Positions 50,374-56,426 of a stretch of DNA of 56,426 bases are shown here, piece after piece (within the stretch, counting starts at the first letter, position 1; each line of letters starts with the position of its first letter). This DNA is from Chara braunii (Eukaryota; Plantae; Charophyceae): positions 2,607,737 to 2,664,162 of the forward strand of contig BFEA01000031.1 in the NCBI GenBank assembly GCA_003427395.1, in the 5' to 3' direction. The position numbers were made by a program, and so were the translations under genes. The notes beneath the pieces were generated by a model, which made no database searches, was not told where the DNA came from, and saw nothing but the letters and a program-made list of their open reading frames with translations.

Positions 50374-50559
50374 TTTGTGCCAATTTGTGAGGAAGAAATT
50401 TGGTCCACAGTTTCAATGTGCTGAGACGGGCGTGGTCCTATATAAACCTACTAGTTTATCGAGAACATTATCGAACGATGATTCGTGGCGGAGAGCCGTA
50501 TGATGGGAAACTATCACGTGCGGTTCGGAGGGCGGGAAAACACAACTCCCGACCCCTAT
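50374..50559 (+). ncRNA. 3' fragment of an organellar-type group II intron (maturase-like tail, domains V and VI)
   Basis: 34-nt domain V at 50493-50526 (GAGCCGTATGATGGGAAACTATCACGTGCGGTTC: AGC triad, GAAA loop, 2-nt bulge); domain VI GGGCGGGA..TCCCG-A-CCC with bulged A 50552; AY end at 50559; upstream peptide VRKKFGPQFQCAETGVVLYKP resembles the end of maturase domain X. Confidence 0.9.
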
Positions 50560-50580
50560 CAAGGATATGGTTGTATCTAT

Positions 50581-50669
50581 GGGACGCTGGACCTGGTTTC
50601 CAGCAGGTGCTGCTCCCCACCAATAGATGGAGCTTGGTTAAAAAAAAATAATAATAATAAAAAAAAAAA
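50581..50669 (+). repeat. Variant-1 pseudoknot module + poly(A)
   Basis: GGGACGCTGGACCTGGTTTCCAGCAGGTGCTGCTCCCCACCAATAGATGGAGC then A-rich tail. Confidence 0.9.
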
Positions 50670-51607
50670 GAACATTTTTCAACAAAGAAAAGGACAGAGA
50701 GCAGGAAATGGTAGTCTGGACCAACGGGCCTAGCTCAGTTGGTACACCCACAAACTGTTGAAATACAGACAGATGTTGGAATCCAGACACAATCAGATGA
50801 TGACCAGAATAAAATCATTCCGAATTACTGGGCCCTAGGTCGTCGCCTTTTCTTTTCTTTTTTTTTTTGAAGGAAAGGACAAAGAGCAAAAAAACAAAAA
50901 AATAAAATAAAAAATCACTTCTTTTTTTCTTTTTCTTTTTCTTTTTCTTTTTTCAGACAGTCACACGGATTTTTCTGGCATATGGGTACACCGGCCGGGT
51001 TAACTCATCACTCGCGGAATAATGTATACTTAACCAGTTGCAGTCTTTGGGTTTAACCTGTCTGGGGGAAACACTTTGGGGTGGGGGTTGGGAAAAGTGG
51101 ATTGGCCGGGGGGGAGGGAGCTGAGGCCCCTTTCAAGAAAGATTATCACCTCAGATTCCACGAGTGGTTCAACATCCAGCCAGGAGCCACACTGAGACCC
51201 CTCCAGATTTCTTTCCGGATCCCTTTCCCCCTTCTGAGCGTGCCTTTGTAGAAGTACAATGGTTTGGATCAGAGAGGGAAGGATAGGTCAACAGGTGAAG
51301 AGTTATCTCTATTTACTATAGTATAGGGTGACAGACAGCTACCTGGCAGTCCACCTTGGTCTTGTCAGGCTGAACAAGTTTTCTTTGTTCTCTAGCTCCT
51401 GCCTTTCATTTGGTTTTGTACTAGTCTAATTACAATGTTTGAGGTCAGGGGGTAAGATGGAGGACAACAGATGTTAGACCAAATCTATGCTCAGCAGGGT
51501 GTAGAATGGCTAGCTTGCATAGCATATCTAGTGGTCCAGTGAGGACTGAAGAGGCTGACTACCATCTATAAAAAACTTGAGGTTTACACTGTCCAAAGCT
51601 CTGTATC

Positions 51608-51795
51608 AGGGACGCTGGGCCCGCTTTCCAGCAGGTCCCACTCCCCACCAATAGAAAGGAGCCTCCAGCAGAGCTGCTAGGAATGGGTGCTCTTTTTTTT
51701 TTGTTGTTTCTTTTCTTTTTACAACAAAAAACAGCCCGAGCTGATGCTAGGGGTGCTGATAGGAGCAGACACCACTAACACACCCGGGAAGGCGC
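51608..51795. repeat. Module on plus (51608-51662) tail-to-tail with an H3-only fragment on minus (~51693-51795)
   Basis: Motif match; GGTGCTG-ATAGGAG-CAGACACC hairpin after a T-tract. Confidence 0.75.
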
Positions 51796-52277
51796 ACCAC
51801 ACCTAGTAGCAGTTTTTTTTTTTTTTTTAATACCAAAAAAAAAAAACAAGCCCCATCTATTCGGGGGGGGGGGGGGGGGGGGTCAGTCCGGCTGCTTATC
51901 ACCAGCAAGCATGAGTTCAAGCAAGAGAGTTATAGGGAAAGAATAAGCCATGCCCGTGCGGTACTAGCCGCCTATCAAGGGGAGGACTGCTGCGGGCCAT
52001 CCCACCCCCCAAACCATAGCCTCCCCGGGGGTACTTCTGCTGGCCGGGAAGCTTACTAGCAGCACTTAGTCATGCAGCAGAAGGAGCGGCGGAGCGCGGG
52101 GGGCGTTCCTAGCAGTCTCTCAGTCCGCTCGTCTCCAGTCCTCCTTATGGCCAAAGCATCTAGAAAGGCTTGTTGCTATGGGTCTGTCTCTCACTGTATC
52201 CATTCTACTCCTATGAGGTTCCATCCACTCCACCAAGTTCACTTATTCCACCATGTTCCCCTTATGCCAATCAGCTT

Positions 52278-52748
52278 NNNNNNNNNNNNNNNNNNNNNNN
52301 NNNNNNNNNNNNNNNNNNNNNNNNNNNNNNNNNNNNNNNNNNNNNNNNNNNNNNNNNNNNNNNNNNNNNNNNNNNNNNNNNNNNNNNNNNNNNNNNNNNN
52401 NNNNNNNNNNNNNNNNNNNNNNNNNNNNNNNNNNNNNNNNNNNNNNNNNNNNNNNNNNNNNNNNNNNNNNNNNNNNNNNNNNNNNNNNNNNNNNNNNNNN
52501 NNNNNNNNNNNNNNNNNNNNNNNNNNNNNNNNNNNNNNNNNNNNNNNNNNNNNNNNNNNNNNNNNNNNNNNNNNNNNNNNNNNNNNNNNNNNNNNNNNNN
52601 NNNNNNNNNNNNNNNNNNNNNNNNNNNNNNNNNNNNNNNNNNNNNNNNNNNNNNNNNNNNNNNNNNNNNNNNNNNNNNNNNNNNNNNNNNNNNNNNNNNN
52701 NNNNNNNNNNNNNNNNNNNNNNNNNNNNNNNNNNNNNNNNNNNNNNNN
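52278..52748. other. Assembly gap
   Basis: N run. Confidence 1.
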
Positions 52749-52997
52749 TTTTTTTTTTTTTTTTTTTTTTTTTGCAAACAACGCACAAGCCCCTTCTACT
52801 CTGGGGAGCGTCACTCTGGTTGCTTATTACCAACAATAATGAGTACAAGAAAACAGCGAGTGATGAGAAGAAAAGAAGGATCAGCCCAACCCTTGCAGTA
52901 CGAGTCACCTGCTCAAGGGGGGGGTGCTACGAGCCGAAAATTCACCGTTTTCGCCGGCAGTTTTGGTGCAAAATTCAGAGGAAACAAAAAAAAACAA

Positions 52998-53277
52998 GGG
53001 AAAAGTCATAAAACCTTCCCGCGACGAAACCTTTGTATCCATTTCCCCCCAAACGGGGGAAAAGGTGCGGCAGGCCCCAAAATCACTTTGGACGTCATTT
53101 TTGCACCCTGAAAAACACTTTCCCGCCATTTTTATACACCGGCCGTTACCGGCCCAGCCAGGGACCCGGTGCAAAAAATGACACCAAAACTGATTTTGGG
53201 ACTTGCGGCACCTTTTTCCCGCTTGGGTGGAAATGGATACAAACGTTCCATCATGGGGAGGTTTTATGACATTTCCC
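52998..53277. repeat. ~110-bp inverted repeat with 60-bp spacer (MITE/foldback-like)
   Basis: 52998-53107 is the imperfect reverse complement of 53168-53277. Confidence 0.8.
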
Positions 53278-54427
53278 AAAAAACAAACTGCATGGGCCCA
53301 TAGTGCAAACATTAAAAAAAAAAAAAAAAAAGCCAGCGGAAGGATAATGAGCGATAGCAAAATGACAGAAATCGAGAATGCAAATTCACATCGAAGGCCA
53401 GAAAGTCCAACGCTGTCCAGAAAGCAGAAATGCACTGATATTCCACCCATTGAGAACCAAAGTACTGAATCCGTATCCAGAGCCCTTCCTCCTACTTGGC
53501 GGTCAGCGCCCAGACTACTAGTACACAGCTACTAGCAGCCTACGAATTGACAATGCATCCCGTTGACATCAGCAGCAACAACCAAAGTGCGCATGAAGAT
53601 GTTGACCTTGTAGACCATCGCCAAGTCCAGGTACGTGCCCTCACATCATCATCCTCATCTCTCTCACTCGCTCTCTCTCGTCTTCTCTCACCCACGTCTT
53701 CTCTCTCATACAGGAAGACCACCACCACCTTCACTGGCTAAATCCAAGCCAAGCCCGACCATGGGGGCTGGCTATGGCGCTGCCCTCAGCAGCGCCCTGC
53801 CTTCTCGGACGACCGCCCAAGCGCGCGCACTTGCCTATGCACTAGTGCAGCAGGCCGCGAGCGCTAGCTCCAGCAGCACTGCCGCATCTGCTTGCAAGTG
53901 CCCTCACTGCTTTCGTGGCGCCCTTCCCTTTCCTACATGGAAAGTGGCAGGCGCTTTGCCTCGCTTCCCACGTGAGACCGAGTTTCCAGTAGCTTCAGTC
54001 TCGGCCAAGGTATCTGCGCCCAGGCCCGTTCAGACAGTGGCCTAGGACCGAATTGGTTAGGCATGCCCAACCACCCAGGCACAAACTTGCGGTGCTCCCT
54101 GCTTACACCAAGTGCTGGAAGAGACTAGAGGTCTCACAAGTATTTTGGATTCTCACGAGCAAGGCAGATGTAACCAACAGGTGCATGGCAACTGTCTGGC
54201 GCCGACCAAGATTTGCAAAAAATGACGAGTTCAGGGGCCTGCCTTCACTTAGGGCGGGGACATGCCTGATGCAGGGTCTTATGCAGTTATGCCGAGGGAT
54301 CAATCCCTTGCAACAGGCCAAAGAAAACGGAAAAAGAACCAGAAAAAAGCACTATAAAATCCAAACACAAAAACACTTTCCAAGTTTCCGAGTAAAAATG
54401 AAGTGTTCAACGAATCCAACGAAATGC

Positions 54428-54452
54428 CTTTTTTTTTCTTTTTTTTTTTTTT

Positions 54453-54488
<36 letters not shown>

Positions 54489-55260
54489 GTTTTTTTTTTT
54501 TTTTTTTTGTTTTGTTTTAACAAACAGCCCCAGGATTAGCTTGAGGCGCTGGTAGGAGCAGACGCGTCAAGCTTCCTCGGGGAAGGCTCCATCTATTGGT
54601 GGGGAGCTCCTCCTGCTGGGAAATGGGCCCAGCGTCCCTTTATACAATTGTACATTGAAAAACGAGGATCAGTTGGAGGATGCACGGGGGATCACCTCTT
54701 CAGTCTGTCTTCAGACCGCCACTACTGTTCAATGAGACGCTAGCTACTCCCCCCCTCGTTCATTGTATGTTGGTTGATGTCGAGGGTGGCCACATTCATC
54801 CTCCTCCCTTTGGAATCTTAACCCCTCAACCCTTGATTAGCTCAGCTCAGAACCCTCACATTATGTAGACTGTGACTGCAGCGACCTGAACTGCACATAC
54901 CGCCCCCTGCTCGTTCTTGAAGCGTTGGTTGATGTCAAGGGAGGCTTTATCCATCCTCCTCCTTTTGAAATCCCAGCCCCTAAGCCCTTGTGTACCAGAG
55001 CACAGACCCCTGTGCTCATATAGACTATACTGTAGTGACACTAAGACATCGCCCCTTTTGCAGTGACCTTAACTGCACATACTACCCCTGCTCGTTCTTG
55101 GGGCGTTGATTGATGCCAAGGGCGGCTACATCCGTCCTCCTCCTTTTGAAGTCTCAATCCCTAAACCCTCGAAAACCTGCGGCCTGATCCCTGTGTGCAT
55201 CCAGACTATATTGCAGTGACTCTGAGACGTTGCCCCTCCACCCTGTGAACCTTTTAATAT
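54428..55260 (-). mobile_element. Non-LTR 3' end: three 150-180-bp tandem units + module + H3 + long poly(A)
   Basis: Units start at ~54751, 54903 and 55084 (..GTTG.TTGATG.C.AGGG..TCCTCCTCC.TTTG..); module 54585-54639; H3 54538-54573. Confidence 0.75.
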
Positions 55261-55840
55261 GTAGGGCTAGAACCCGTAAACTCTGAGTCGTCTGTGTATC
55301 CAGAGTGTTCTGCCATGGCTTCGAGTATGCATGGTCGTATATGGTCCGTGGAAGATTGGAAATGCTGACTTTTTCATTGTTGATCCAAACATGTCAAAAG
55401 TGGACACATGACGTACCCTAAAGCAGCTACATATCACACAAAAAGAAAAACACGAAAAAAAAAGCAAAACTTTAGGGCAATATGACAGTTTCAGTAGAAA
55501 ATTCGCCAAAGAAAACACCCCTGGTTAACCACACGTTCCTCTTCTGCTGGCGGGGAAGCTTACTGGCAGCACCCAGTCATGCAGCAGAAGGGCCTTAGGG
55601 AGGGCGAGGCGTAGGGGAGTATCTCCTAGCAGCCTCTCAGGCCCAAGCTTGGTCATAGCCAATCAGTCAAAGAGTCCAAAAAAACCAACAACCATCATTA
55701 CTGCTAATCTCCTCCTCCCTTCACGTGGGATTCTTCCCCTATAGGCTCTCTATGATCCTGCCTCCCATTCCTGGTCTCTCCCCCTATCAAACTCCGCACT
55801 CTCCCCTCACATTCACTTACTTCGGGCAGTCTACCCTCCC

Positions 55841-56318
55841 TGTTACGGACTTCACCAGGGCTCGATCCCTGGTCTATCTTTTGCTGTTTTGGCTGCATCC
55901 CGTTCTCGGCCTGGCACCCTTTTTCCAAACCCCTCCTTTGGTACCATAGGATTTTGGACAACTGGCGCCATGCTGCAATTCGGGCGCCACTTTCAAATAC
56001 TGCATTTTTCAGTTCTGCCCTCGGGGCCTTTGCAGAAATGCCCCTGGTACCGTACGTGTCATCGGTACTTATACCGGCTCCCCGTACGGTACGGGGGGGC
56101 AGTCTCGTACCAGTTCTCTGCTGCTGTACTCGTACTCAGTGTGACTTGCTGTTTCGGCATTCGGAATCCAAGACTTCGACTTTGTCCCTTGCCACTGTGT
56201 CTGCGTCCGACCCTCAGTCCGAGTCCGTCGAGTCGAGTGAGCGAGTGTGTGTGTGTGCTCTCACTATCTCCGTCTCTCTCCTCTCCCTCGGCTCACCCTC
56301 AGCCTCACGCCCGTTACA
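55841..56318 (+). mobile_element. 5' LTR (478 bp) of another LTR retrotransposon
   Basis: TGTTACGG ... CCGTTACA termini followed by a PBS. Confidence 0.75.
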
Positions 56319-56319
56319 C

Positions 56320-56331
56320 TGGTATCGGAGC
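56320..56331 (+). promoter_or_regulatory. Primer-binding site (tRNA-iMet type)
   Basis: TGGTATCGGAGC, 1 nt after the LTR CA. Confidence 0.85.
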
Positions 56332-56426
56332 GGTTCGAACCCGCCCGACCCACCCTGCTTCGACGTCGTCACCTGGCCATCATCAACATCATCGTCGAGA
56401 TCGTCGCCGCCGTGCCACGTCATCAT

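Overview
Eukaryotic, nearly all-repeat, nested-transposon landscape with three assembly gaps and no host gene I can support. The repeat style suggests a charophyte alga such as Chara, but that is inference only. Contents: (i) several degenerate L1/Tx1-like LINEs, including one near-full-length copy with an internal 2.4-kb inversion, one 5'-truncated copy with a 13-bp TSD and one twin-primed copy; (ii) Ty3/gypsy pieces: gag + PBS + LTR, a second LTR + PBS, and a TG..CA-bounded unit carrying RT-RNaseH, integrase and accessory ORFs but no gag or PBS; (iii) a tRNA-derived SINE family, MITE-like elements and microsatellites. The main signal is a ~55-nt motif, about 18 near-complete copies, reading AGGGACGCTGG(A/G)CCCGGTT(T/C)CCAGCA(G/C)GTGYTGCTCCCCAC(C/G)AATAGAT(T)GGAGC on the poly(A) strand. 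Compensatory changes between copies indicate a hairpin or pseudoknot (PK1) followed by an H-type pseudoknot (PK2). It is often followed by a third hairpin (H3) whose stem sequence varies freely while its 7-nt loop is fixed, and then by poly(A). This 3' RNA module ends both autonomous LINEs and unrelated non-coding or odd-ORF passengers. In one case it brackets the exact 3' end (maturase-like tail + domains V/VI) of an organellar-type group II intron.
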